Below, piece after piece: positions 1 to 10,689 of a stretch of DNA of 32,000 nucleotides. Origin of the DNA: Zygophlyctis sp. KS116 (Eukaryota; Fungi; Chytridiomycota); NCBI GenBank assembly GCA_054661495.1, contig BAAFSQ010000011.1, forward strand, positions 30,001 to 62,000, read 5' to 3'. Position 1 is the stretch's first letter. The number at the start of each line of letters is the position of its first letter. The position numbers and the translations under genes are program-made. The notes below the pieces were generated by a model. That model saw nothing but the letters and a program-made list of their open reading frames with translations, did no database searches and was not told the origin of the DNA.

Positions 1-639
1 ATCATATTCAATTCCGAAACATATGCTAATAATTTCGAGGAATTTCCCTTGAGTATAGATTCTTCCACGACATCTAGTCTATAAGCCTCTAATGCTATTC
101 CTATCGCCTAAATAAATTACTGTCAATATATTTACTTGTTCTGATTCACCGTCTACATAGCATTTGTTGAACATTTTCTGAACAATGTCTTCCAAGCGTG
201 GATCTATTTTTTCAGCCCCTTGCTGCCGTTTAGAGATATACTCGTCGATACATTTCGCTTGATAATTTAGAAATAAAAAAAATACAAACTATAGTCTCTA
301 CATAGTCATTCTTTAGCGAGATATCAAACAGTTTTCCTGCGCCAAGAGCAAACGTGAGCGCTTCTTCGTATTCTCCCAAGTGATAATAAACCTTTGATGC
401 GACAAGAGCCGCAAGTTGCCGCTGACCAAAATTATCTTTTTCGTACAATATTTCACTAAATTTAGAGCTAGAAAAGTACATTTTGTCAATTGCATCTGAA
501 ATCTCTGCCCAGAAAATATCAACGACATCATTCAACTTTTGAAGCGCAAAGACCAAAAGATTTTCGTCAGTCTCATCTAAAAGAGATAAAATTCCACCTC
601 ATTGTCAAGATAGTATAAAATACCTGCAGAAGACACCAT
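1..639 (-). CDS. RPN2: 26S proteasome regulatory subunit Rpn2/PSMD1, 5' part (continues off the left edge)
   Basis: ATG at 639-637. Spliced product [50 protein letters not shown]...[26 protein letters not shown]...YVETIVSKCIDEYI...[13 protein letters not shown] matches the Rpn2 N-terminus. Introns: 598-623 (26 nt, GAG acceptor), 456-479 (24), 258-285 (28), 108-135 (28). Confidence 0.95.
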
Positions 640-749
640 TTTGTGATTCTTTTTTCGTGAGTTCCGCACGCTCGGTGGTCGACCTAACCGTCTCATAGAT
701 TTGGAAAGGATCAATCAATTGCAACTTTATTAACTTGAAATATTTACTA

Positions 750-1991
750 TCATCGGCTTGTAGTATTGAACTGACTAAAATATGCTTGAGTTGGTTGGTT
801 CGTGTACAAGACCTTGTTAATATAATACTCTCTAAAATTTAAATAAATTTGCAATTACCTCTTTTTATCACTTATAGCCTTTTGCTCATTTTCTTGACGG
901 ATCTGAATTGCAATTTCTTTTTTACGTCTTTCTCTTTCCCTATCTAATAGTGTCAATTTTCGGAGGTTTGCAGCTTCTTGAAGGGCCCACTCTTGTTCTC
1001 GTCTTCTCTCTTTTTCTCGGAGAGATTCAGCTTCTTCTCTTTGGGATTCTTGAATCTTTAATATTTCTTGTTTTTGAGATTGTGTTATTCCTTTAAATAA
1101 ATCAACTCGAACTCTAAAATAAGTAATTTTAAATTTTACTTGTGACCACCGCCAATATTAAAGACATCTGGAGTTTCAGTTAAGAATACACCATTCACAT
1201 TATTCAAAATTTCTTTATAACTAGCTTCTGCATCATTCTTTTTGGCTTCAAACTCTCTTTTTCTACGTTCTTCTGCCTAAAAATTAAATTTTAGAGCCGT
1301 ACCAAGAATAAATTATAATCCCTATCATATTCTGATTGTTCTTTTCTAGCATTATGGACTGCAATGTGAAGTGCATCCATCTTATCACTAATATTTCTTT
1401 GAAATTCTTCATATCGTTTCTTTTCATTGAGTTCTTCTAAAGCATTGACTTCTTTTTGATGCATTTGCTCTAAAGTCCAAGTTTTCATTTGTTCTTTTTG
1501 TAGTTGTAATCTTTTTTTAACTGCAGCATCTTCTCCTTCAAATCTTTGCATTCCTGAAATGCCACATCTCTGGTCTGAATCATTGACTCTAGCAGGAAAA
1601 TCCTTTTTAAGTGCATTCGGATCATACAAATCAAAATCTCTTCTTAAATTTGTTTGTTGATAATTCTTTCTAAATGATTCCAATTCTATTCTTTCAGCCT
1701 TTCGATCTTGAGCGACTTGATCATCCATGAGCTCTAAAATATGATTAGTGCTTCTCATCCGTTTATCAAAGTCCAAGTCCCTTTGCTTTTCTTGAGCTTT
1801 GAGACTCTGTTTTAATGCGATCTGCTCATCAAGAGTTTTTAGATCAACCTTTATGTAAATTTAAAGTTTATTACTCCAAGAATCCGGACTCGAGGATTAA
1901 AAATGATCTTTTTTCTCTCTTGATCCAATTTCCTACGACGCTGTATGGCTGCGGCTTGCAGATTATCAGATGGAATTTCAACCTTGTACAT
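750..1991 (-). CDS. RIB43A-like coiled-coil axonemal microtubule inner protein (RIBC1/2 family)
   Basis: Spliced N-terminus MYKVEIPSDNLQAAAIQRRRKLDQERKKIIFNPRVRILGVDLKTLDEQI, central FDLYDPNALKKDFPARVNDSDQRCGISGMQRFEGED, and C-terminal YTNQPTQAYFSQFNTTSR* are RIB43A hallmarks. Introns: 1849-1874 (26), 1277-1302 (26), 1114-1139 (26), 832-858 (27). Confidence 0.92.
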
Positions 1992-2130
1992 TATTCTAGT
2001 AATGCGTCATTCAGTCGGAAAATTCATTATTTCCGATCTTATCATTCATGATCTCCCTTTATGATTTATAATCTATAATCATGATCTCCATTTAATATGC
2101 ATAAATCTAGAGTTGATTTTGCTCAATTAT

Positions 2131-2179
2131 TCCCACAATTTCTCTAAAATAAAAACCGCAGCAAATTGTTGTAAATAAA
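2131..2179 (+). promoter_or_regulatory. Putative U2 snRNA promoter: USE/PSE-like TCCCACAATT at -70 and TATA-like TAAATAAA at about -30
   Basis: Positions are relative to the U2 start at 2201. The -70 element resembles the plant snRNA USE (RTCCCACATCG) in both sequence and spacing. Single instance only. Confidence 0.4.
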
Positions 2180-2200
2180 CGCGCATTTCTTATTTTCGGT

Positions 2201-2385
2201 ATCCTCTCTTGCCTATTGGCTAAGATCAAGTGTAGTATCTGTTCTATTCAGTGTAACAACTGAATTTTCTGGCATAGCCAGAAGAGTTGTTAAACTTATT
2301 TTTGTGATTTGCTTGATGACGATGTGCTTGCACTAGTCTCTTGCACCGGTGTCCTCAGTCTCGCACTACCTCTGAGTGACGCCAA
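2201..2385 (+). ncRNA. U2: U2 spliceosomal snRNA
   Basis: 5' ATCCTCTCTTGCCTATTGGCTAAGATCAAGTGTAGTATCTGTTC matches U2. Branch-site recognition GTAGTA 2232-2237, stem IIa TTCAGT/ACTGAA, stem IIb TTCTGGC/GCCAGAA, Sm site ATTTTTG 2298-2304, stem III with CTTG loop, stem IV GGTGTC-CTCAG...CTGAG-T-GACGCC. The 3' end is approximate. Confidence 0.96.
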
Positions 2386-2525
2386 GACCATTTCTTTAGG
2401 CTAATTTACCCTAAACCTAAACAGTCATAATTTATTCAGATCGTGTCGGATCATGATAAAAAGCAATGGAAATACAAGTCAATTTCGGTAATTTAATGCT
2501 ATTAAATGATTAAATCTAATAAAAT

Positions 2526-4768
2526 TTATTTCTTCATTTTTTGTTTCTTGACATGAGCCCGAAGAACTTTCTAAACATTAAGCCGGATTCTAATTACCTG
2601 TTTTTCACGCAAAGATCTCTTTGCCTTATTTTTAACATCCTTCTTGTGCACAATCATCATAAATGCCTTGTTCTTTTTTGACTTAACCTTATTGGTAATA
2701 CTACTCCTCTCTGAGGTTCCTTTCTTCGATCCAAATGATCTTCCTTCCCGACCAGCCTACATTGTCATGATAAAATATAAGCATACCTTTATCTTCTCGA
2801 TTCTAGCCGCATAATCATCTTTTCTTCTGATACCAGTAGTGATTTTAGAGGCATCAACAATTTCATTACTATATAATGAGCCGTTAATATTAATTACTCT
2901 TCATTTTCAGATGTATCGAGCACAACCTTTGAATTCTTGGTTCCAGAAATCTTTTCTGCCTGTCTTTGCAATTTGAGTTCTTTAATTTTTTGGAAATCTT
3001 CATCCGTTAGAATCTAACTGATTAGTTGATTCCAAAAAATACCTTTGCAGCTGATATATCCAGCTTTTGCTTTTTAGCAACCGGTGAGAAATTTTCGGTT
3101 GCTTGATCTAATTGATCATCTTGGCCAGATTCTTGGCCATCCAAATCACCATCTTCTTCATCATCAGTCTCTTCAATGCAATCTTCTTCTATTTCAGACT
3201 CAGAGTTTTCGTGTATTTCCCCTTCCAAAATATTTGATTCAACATCAGAATCACCCTCAACAAGAAGCGGAACTTCATCGTCATCCAAAAGGAACTATGA
3301 TTATTGAAAATATTAGATACCTCTGCTCCTTCTACCCCTTCAGCAATATGAGTTTCACCATACTTTGCGGGAGTAAATGTTTTCATATTCATTGTAGCAG
3401 ATTTTCCACGATCCTTTTTACGTAAAAGTTCAGGATTAACTTCTCGATAGAGTCCTAGCAGAGACCGCGCAGCATTCATGGGTCCTAAAATAAGTTTGAA
3501 ATAAAATTACCTTTTTCTCTATGGTTCTTATAATCTTCCATTAAACTTTTAAGTAAAGTTTCAGGCATGGCAAGAGGACATCTTGAACAGATTTCACGAA
3601 GACTATTCATTCCCGCAGTAATAACTTCAGATGCACAATTACTCCAGACAAAATTATCAGCAATAGCATAGATGACCGGTTCTAAAGAATCAGGAGGTAC
3701 TAATTCATGAGAAGCTTGAGCTAAAAATGCCAATAAACTTGTAATTTCCTTTTGTTGAGGCTTGAGATACGGAATCATAAAATCATAAAAGTTTAAGAGA
3801 AACAATTTGTGTACCCCAATCATCCTTGAAATTAAGTTTAGATATAAAATTCTAATTTCAAATCTGAATTCATTCGTAGAATGAACTTGTTTAAGTCTTG
3901 AAAATAATTTTTCTGAAAACCCCTGAGGATCATTTATAAGATGCAACGCAGAAAAATTAAAAGTTTCAGTCCTGTTTTTAGCTCTTTCTTTTCTTTTAAG
4001 TCCAGCTACAACCCGATCCATTTGATTTCTTCTAAATTTTGACTTTTTATTACAAGAATTAGAATGCTTTAATTTTGCCATATCTGTATTATCTCCCAAC
4101 TCTTCTTCTTCTTCTTGAGAATCTTTATTTAAGAAAAATCCTAAAGCAGTAGAAGCCACTTTTTGTACTTTAGAAAAAGTTGCTTCAGCAATTATATTAG
4201 CTGTTTTTGCATCATTCCAAACCTGTTTCTTATATAACTGAATCATAATATCTAGAGATTTTTTAGCAGCAATATCAGAATCTTGAGTTAAAATCTTCCA
4301 CATATAATTCTGAATTGTCTTATTTAATTTGTGATCTTTAGCTTTTTGATTAGCATTTTTAACATCAGCAACAATATGCTGACAAAGCAAATTTCTTAGT
4401 GCCTTATCTTTAGCCCTAAAGAGAGTAAAGAATAGAGGCAATAAATCCACCAGCGAGAGTAATTTACGATTTCTCATTAGAATCAGAGCCTGAACTAGAG
4501 ATTTTCTAGTAGCAGGATTCATGATACTATAATGTAGAGACAAGAGATTTGTGATTTCCGATGGAAATTCTGCAGTTAAATCTGGAAAATAAGTTGCCAA
4601 ATGAGAAATAAAATTAATTAATTCCTTGAAATCCTTAAATTCCTTATCTGGATTTAATTCAAAGAGCGATTTCATAGACTTGTAGTGATTATACTGAACT
4701 ATAAATTCCTGTTTATAAGACTCCTTGTCTCTTTTAATCTGATTCTGTAGCTGAGCAAGATTATCCAT
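2526..4768 (-). CDS. SDA1: Sda1, 60S ribosome biogenesis protein
   Basis: NLAQLQNQIKRDKESYKQEF, FSALHLINDPQGFSEKLF, AQASHELVPPD, GPMNAARSLLGLYREVNPELLRKKDRGK, ILTDEDFQKIK. Introns: 3485-3510 (26), 3295-3320 (26), 3014-3042 (29), 2869-2897 (29), 2757-2786 (30), 2571-2597 (27). Stop at 2528-2526. Confidence 0.95.
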
Positions 4769-4800
4769 TTCTATAAATTTCTTTTTTTTTTGAATTTTTT

Positions 4801-4814
4801 TTGAAAATTTTCAA
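4801..4814. promoter_or_regulatory. Palindrome TTGAAAATTTTCAA containing an RRPE-like motif (TGAAAATTTT) upstream of SDA1
   Basis: Perfect 14-bp palindrome about 33 nt upstream of the SDA1 ATG. RRPE marks ribosome-biogenesis promoters in yeasts, but the region is very AT-rich, so chance is possible. Confidence 0.3.
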
Positions 4815-5043
4815 TTGAATTTTTCAAGAGTTTTCCTTGTTCAACTGATTATATTCTTAAAATTCCACTATTGGGCGGTGGATTAGACTCTTTGAGCTGT
4901 TATCAGCCCGGGCCGTCAATGGCTCAAGACCTCACCCTGAATACTTGACTTTGCCCTGAGCAGTAAACTTGACCGACTAAAGCTAAAATTCCAGATTTTA
5001 TATCGCCCAGATATCGCCCGCCGCCAAAGATAATCTCCGCTAA

Positions 5044-5680
5044 ATGTCTAAACGGAAACCTGTTAATTACCAAGAGTCTCCAGACTCGTCCATTGACAAG
5101 TCGTTTGAGTCTTTAATTAAAGATACTAGGGAGTTAAGAGACTGTGAACCTAGTTTCTCTACAAACACACTCACCAGAAATACGCCAATTCTAAAAAAAC
5201 AAGAGCCACAAGAGTATCAAATCAGCAAATTAAAAAAAGAAATTTTAAATTTAAAAGAAATAATTCAAAATTTAGAGCTTCAGTGTCAATTAAATGGAAT
5301 TATTCCTGTGACTAAAGGCGGTTCTTTAAAAAAGAGGAATAAAACAGAAGAAAAAATTCAAGAAATAGAAGTAATTTCAAGGATTTTTCTAAAATTAACA
5401 GGCAATCACAAAGGAAATCAAAAAATGTTTAGGAATAGACATGGTCACAGAAACAATCTCTCCAACTACTTTAATCTCTCCAAAAACTGTGGTGTCTCCA
5501 ACTACTCCATTGTCTGCCGCCAAGTCTGTAGAATCTGTTGAATCAGAGCCTCTTCAGATTCAAACTAAACAATCAAAAGACTTTCAAAAGAGTGATAGTG
5601 AGGTTACACTTGGAAGTCCTAAAGATTTAGAGGAAATGAGTAGTGAATTAATGAACATGTTTACTTCATTTGGATTTTAA
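5044..5680 (+). CDS. Hypothetical protein with short coiled coil and S/T-P repeats
   Basis: ORFs 5044-5541 and 5441-5680 are joined in frame by a GT-AG intron at 5371-5401 (31 nt). No family recognised. Confidence 0.7.
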
Positions 5681-5833
5681 AACTATAATATACGATTTAC
5701 CATCACTTTCACTAACAAAAGAACGAAAAAAATTCTCCTTCAAGCACCAGCTTTGACGTAAAATTTTGCTTTTCCAAATAAAATTTATCTCTTTTACGGA
5801 GGAACAAGAATTTAATTTTAACAATTTAGGAAA

Positions 5834-8800
5834 ATGAATAGGATAGATAGTAATTTAGATTTACTAACACTAGATTGGGTATTGCATAATGACACGCCTG
5901 GGCCAACGGAATATGATGTAAAAACCTCACTTTTGGATGGGAATAAGAACAAACATTATGGATTTATTGACAAGTCTTTGCGATTTCAATCAGAGGTAGT
6001 CTTCAAGTCTGAAGTGGCTTCAGATGAGAATAAAGAACGTGGAGTTCTTAAAGGAATCAATGAAAATTCTAAACCAACAATTAAAAAGAATGACGATGTA
6101 AAATTAAGGCAGAAAGTATATATTTTCAGTATTTAATATAAAAGGAAAAAAGCTGGAAGGAAATGTATTCGAAAATCACGAAAATACATGAAAAGGAAAT
6201 CAAGACGCTGGAAGAGAAAATATCTAGAATCGAGACAATGTTCCAGACAGTGGTCAAGGAAAAGTCACATTTGGTGTCTTCTGTGGCAGTCAAAGATAAA
6301 GAATTTTTGGAATTACAAGCAAAACACGAAATGCTACTGTTAAGTGTATATTTTTGACAATTAACTATAGTTGGAAAAAGCAGATAAAGTGGCTCAAGTA
6401 TATGTGGACAAAGCATGCAAGGCTGACAATTTTGAGAAGAAATTACACTATGTTAACAAGGCTAATTGCAAAATGAAGAATATCGCAGATAAAAAGTTAC
6501 TTCAGGAAAATGAAGAGTTGACTGATAAAGTTGCCAAAGCAGAAATGGGTCGATCAGAGTTGGAAAAGGCTAAAAAAGAATATAGGATGATTCAGAAGGA
6601 GCTAAATAAGTCTTGCGAATCGTTTGAAACCCAAAGATTGGCTTACCTAGGGCGTATCAATGAACTAGAGTCTGAATTAGAGAGTATTACGATTAAGAAT
6701 CAGCAATCTGTTACAGAAATAGAAAAGCTTTCTAAAATTGCTAAGAAAGCTGAATATGAAAAAGGATTAGAATATGAAAAATGTGCTGATTTAAAAGCAT
6801 CACTTGAACAATTGCAAGAAAAAAATGTTGAGCAATTAGAGAAACAAGTTTTGGTCTTTCGAGATCAGATTAGTGAACTTCGGGCAAGAAAAGATACTCT
6901 GGAATCTGAAAGATTTGAGTCAAAGGCCAAAAATGACCAAAAAATTAATCAGATGGAATCTGAAATGGCAAAATTGAAATTTCTTTTGCAAAAGTCTGAG
7001 GAAGAAACCAGAAAATTCAAGCTTTTAGGGACGGATCTCTCTTCTAAAAACGACATGTTGCATACTAATATATTGAAATTGGAGGAGCAAGCTGACTATT
7101 TACGTGCAGAGGTTTCAAACGAAAGAGTAGAATTATCAAAACAGCACGAGTCATCTAGAGATGCTTTTGAACAGTTTAAAAAAGACGTTGCAGAATTAAA
7201 GAAAAAGTTGGTCGAAAAAGAAGAGGACTTCAATTCGCTTTTGGAAAAAGAAAGGCAAATATCTACCGGACTTTCTCAGAAGACCCGCGACCAATCTGAA
7301 ATGATCAATAGTCTACAGGAGAAGTGGACTGCTTGCGTATCCGAACTAGAGAGTCAGAGGTCTGAATATAAGATGAATCTTTCAATTCTTAAAAGCTCCC
7401 ATGAAAAATCTGATAAAGATTTTGAAATTCAAATTTCTCAGCTAAAGACTCAAATTCATGAGCTAAATGATGACAACATTAAGACCAAGGAATATTACCA
7501 GTCAATTATGAACGAAGAAAAACAATTATCGTCAGGACTTTCTGTCAAAGTACGAGATCAAATGGAAAAGATTGGCTCCATGGAAAAACATCTTGAGATG
7601 ATTATGTTACAATCCAAAAATGAAAAAAATGATTTAAGTGATGAATTAACATTTACGATATCTAGATATCAGGAATGTCAAACGGAATTGGCGGCGATTA
7701 CTTCCAAATTAAGTCATTTAGAAAGTTCCTTGTCGGCGAGTGAATCTAGTCGGAGTAATGAAACTGCATCTTTACGGTCAAACATTTCAGATCTTGAATT
7801 TTTAAAAGAAAAGCTCAATGGACAGGTTCAGGAATCGCAAAGTCTTATTCAAGAGCAAAATATGGTAATTCAAAAACTAGAGGATTCAGTGAACGAAAAG
7901 ATGACAAAAATGCAGTCTCTGTCCCAAAAATGTAGTACCATGGAAGATGAAATGAAAGATTTGTTGAAAAAGTTTACCACAGTAAATGTTGCTCTTGAAG
8001 AGGAAAAGAATTTACATGGGCAAACCAAGCAAGAGTCTGAACGTCGGATTTCTAATTTAGAAAGTGAATTAAATGAAATTCAGGACAGCTTTTGTGATAA
8101 GGATAAACTTTTGCAGTCTATGATTGAATCTGAGAAGCAAAAATCAAACACGCTCTTGAAGGAAGGTCTAGAGCTTCGAAATGTAATATCTTCTCTGAAA
8201 GATGAAAGTAACTCCAGTACACAAAAATACGAGATTTCAATTGATTCACTTAATGGGGAAATATCAGAGTTGAAATCAAAGAATGAACAAATAATTGCCG
8301 ATCTAGAGAATTCACGATCTGAGATGGTTGCCAAAGATGATCAATATCAATCGATCACTGAGAAGTGCAAATTGATGAAAATATCAATTGAAAACATCAT
8401 GAATGAAATGGAGGATAAAACCCTGGAATTAGCTGCAGCATTAAGTGAATTATCAAGTTATAAAGCCGATAATGGGAAATTAATTCAGGATCTTGAAACA
8501 AAGATTATGGAAAAAGATGCTCTCGTTTCTAGTTTAGAAGAAAGAATACGTGGATCAAATGACGAATTAAGATCTACTCTTGAAAATTTAGAAAAATTGG
8601 AATTGGAATTTGAAGCAGCCGGAAAAAAGTCCACAGATGCTATCGAGTTGAATCAAAAAGCTACTAATTCATTGGCGAAAAACTTTGAAATTGAAAGGAC
8701 AGAGTTATTGGGAAAAATTGCCAATCTAGATATAAAATTTAATATATCTGTAAATAATGCAAAGGAAAAGGATTTTATGCTGCAATCTTTGGAGATCAAA

Positions 8801-10649
8801 ATTGAAGAGCTCAATACCATAATTGCAAAAACACAACAAAAGGATCAAGAGACTCTAAAACTTCATGAATTTGAAAAAATTGAGATGGAAAAAGACTTGT
8901 CTAAAAAATCTCTGGTGATAATAGAACTAGAAAAACAGCTGAAATTTTCAGAAACGTCTCATGAAAGCAAAACTAAGGAATTGATGTACCAATTGCAATC
9001 GTTTGAAGCAGATGTTAAAACATTACAAAATGATATAATCTCAAAAGATGGAGAGATTGAATCTTTGGAGACAAAGCTTCAATCCTATGATCAGGTAATC
9101 AGTGATTTGGAATCTGCATACGAAAAAAGCAACCAGAAAGCCAAGAGCAGTGAGCGTGAATTGGAAACCAAACTAGTTCTGTTTAATGAAACTCAGGAGA
9201 AGCTAATTGCATCAGTATCTTTGTTACAGTCTCAATTGGAGGAAAAAATAATGGTAAACCAATCTCTCCAAGAATCTCTCGCTTTATCTGAGAAGGGAAT
9301 CGCTGAATTAAATAACCGTTCATCAGAATTGAATTGCTCCCTGGAGACGCAGAAATCAGCAGTTTCTAATCTTGAAATCCAACTTCTTTCTGCAAATGAA
9401 CGAATTCAAAATCTCCAAAAAGACACAGAGGAAAATTTAATGATGATTAAGCGATCTGAGGATAGAATATTTGATTTGGTATCACAAAATGAAACCTTGA
9501 ATCATGCTGCCGGAATACAATCTCAAAAAGAAGCGTCCTTACACGAAGAATTAAAAGCTAGTAAGAAGCTTTACTGCGAATTGGAATCTAGAATGCAAAC
9601 AAACAAGGAAGACTATCAAGTGGAACTTGAAGAGCTACAGGAAACTTTGGAATATGAACGTGAAGAATTCCATACCGAGAGGAAGTCTTTTAATGATCGT
9701 ATGACATCATTGACTAGCCAGCTAAGAAGTGAAATTTTACTCAAGGAACAAGAAATTCAAAAAACTAAAGATCTTTCTGAGGATCTTGATGCAAAGATTA
9801 AAGAAAAACTTGAACTCGAGTCAAAACTGGAAGAAATATCTACAAAATATGCCCAAGCTAACTTGAACAACTCTGAAGAGCTCAAACTAGAGATTGTTAA
9901 GCTCTCTGAGGCATTAGAATTTAAAACTAATTTATTTAAAGACACTGAAAATCAACTAGAGGAAGCCCAATCTCGATTATCCTTGATTGAACTACGTTTA
10001 TTGAATGAATTATCTTCAAAAGACATGCACTTCAAGTCATTTGAAGATCGCCTTAAATCTAAATGCGCCGAAGTAGAAACTCTAACTAAATCTCACTTGG
10101 AAATGAAGAAAAATCTATTGAAAACCAAGGAAGAAAACAAGAATTTAATTTCTGAAAATGAAAAAAGCAAGAGTTCTATTGCTAGATATAAACAAGTAGA
10201 GCGTCTTGTACTTGTAGAAAAGAAAAATCTTGAAACCGGACACAAGGACTCTCAATCTCTAGTTGAAAAATACAAAAAGGAAATTGCAGAGTAACTTATT
10301 TTTTACTAATTATAGTCTTAAAACCATTATTAAAGAATTAACCGAATCAAATTCTGAATTAAGTACCCTCTATGCCTCTCAATCAGAAATCATTTCCAAC
10401 CAAGGAGCATTAACCAATTCTGAAATGGAAAAAATCTCAAATCTGAATGCTGAAGTTGCCGGACATTCTAATTCTCGCCAAAAGATTAGATATGTGTCTA
10501 ACATTAAACAGGAAAATTTGGCATTAAAACAGGTAAATCATTATACTTAAAATTAGGAAAATTCTAATTTATTAATCGAACGGGATCAACTTGTTCATCG
10601 CATTCAGTCTCTTTTGGCTGATCAAGCGTCTCTTGGCCCAATTCAATAA
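5834..10649 (+). CDS. Large coiled-coil protein, HMMR/RHAMM-like (N-terminal PGPxxYDVK motif, C-terminal HMMR_C-like segment)
   Basis: N-terminal [14 protein letters not shown]...FIDKSLRF resembles HMMR PSPGAYDVK...FQKSQRF. C-terminal [27 protein letters not shown] resembles [21 protein letters not shown]. Introns: 5850-5873 (24, with TACTAAC), 6116-6144 (29), 6346-6370 (25), 10291-10315 (25), 10533-10556 (24). Confidence 0.75.
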
Positions 10650-10689
10650 TGTATTTAATTTCTTTTTAAAAATTTCCTGTTCCTTTACC

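Noticed and set aside
671-684. PACE/Rpn4 element upstream of RPN2 (GGTGGTCGA)
   Set aside because: Only GGTGG matches GGTGGCAAA; too weak to call.
2395-2421. Telomere-like CCCTAAACCTAAA / TTTAGG downstream of U2
   Set aside because: Only two imperfect units. At most a short hairpin near the U2 3' end, not a telomeric array.
6371-10294. Myosin, SMC or kinesin call for the long coiled-coil ORF
   Set aside because: No motor, Walker A/B or hinge motifs; the terminal motifs point to HMMR instead.
10591-10689. N-terminal extension or fusion of HDDC3 from the TTG at 10591
   Set aside because: This stretch overlaps the last HMMR-like exon in another frame; MESH1 homology begins at the ATG at 10690.
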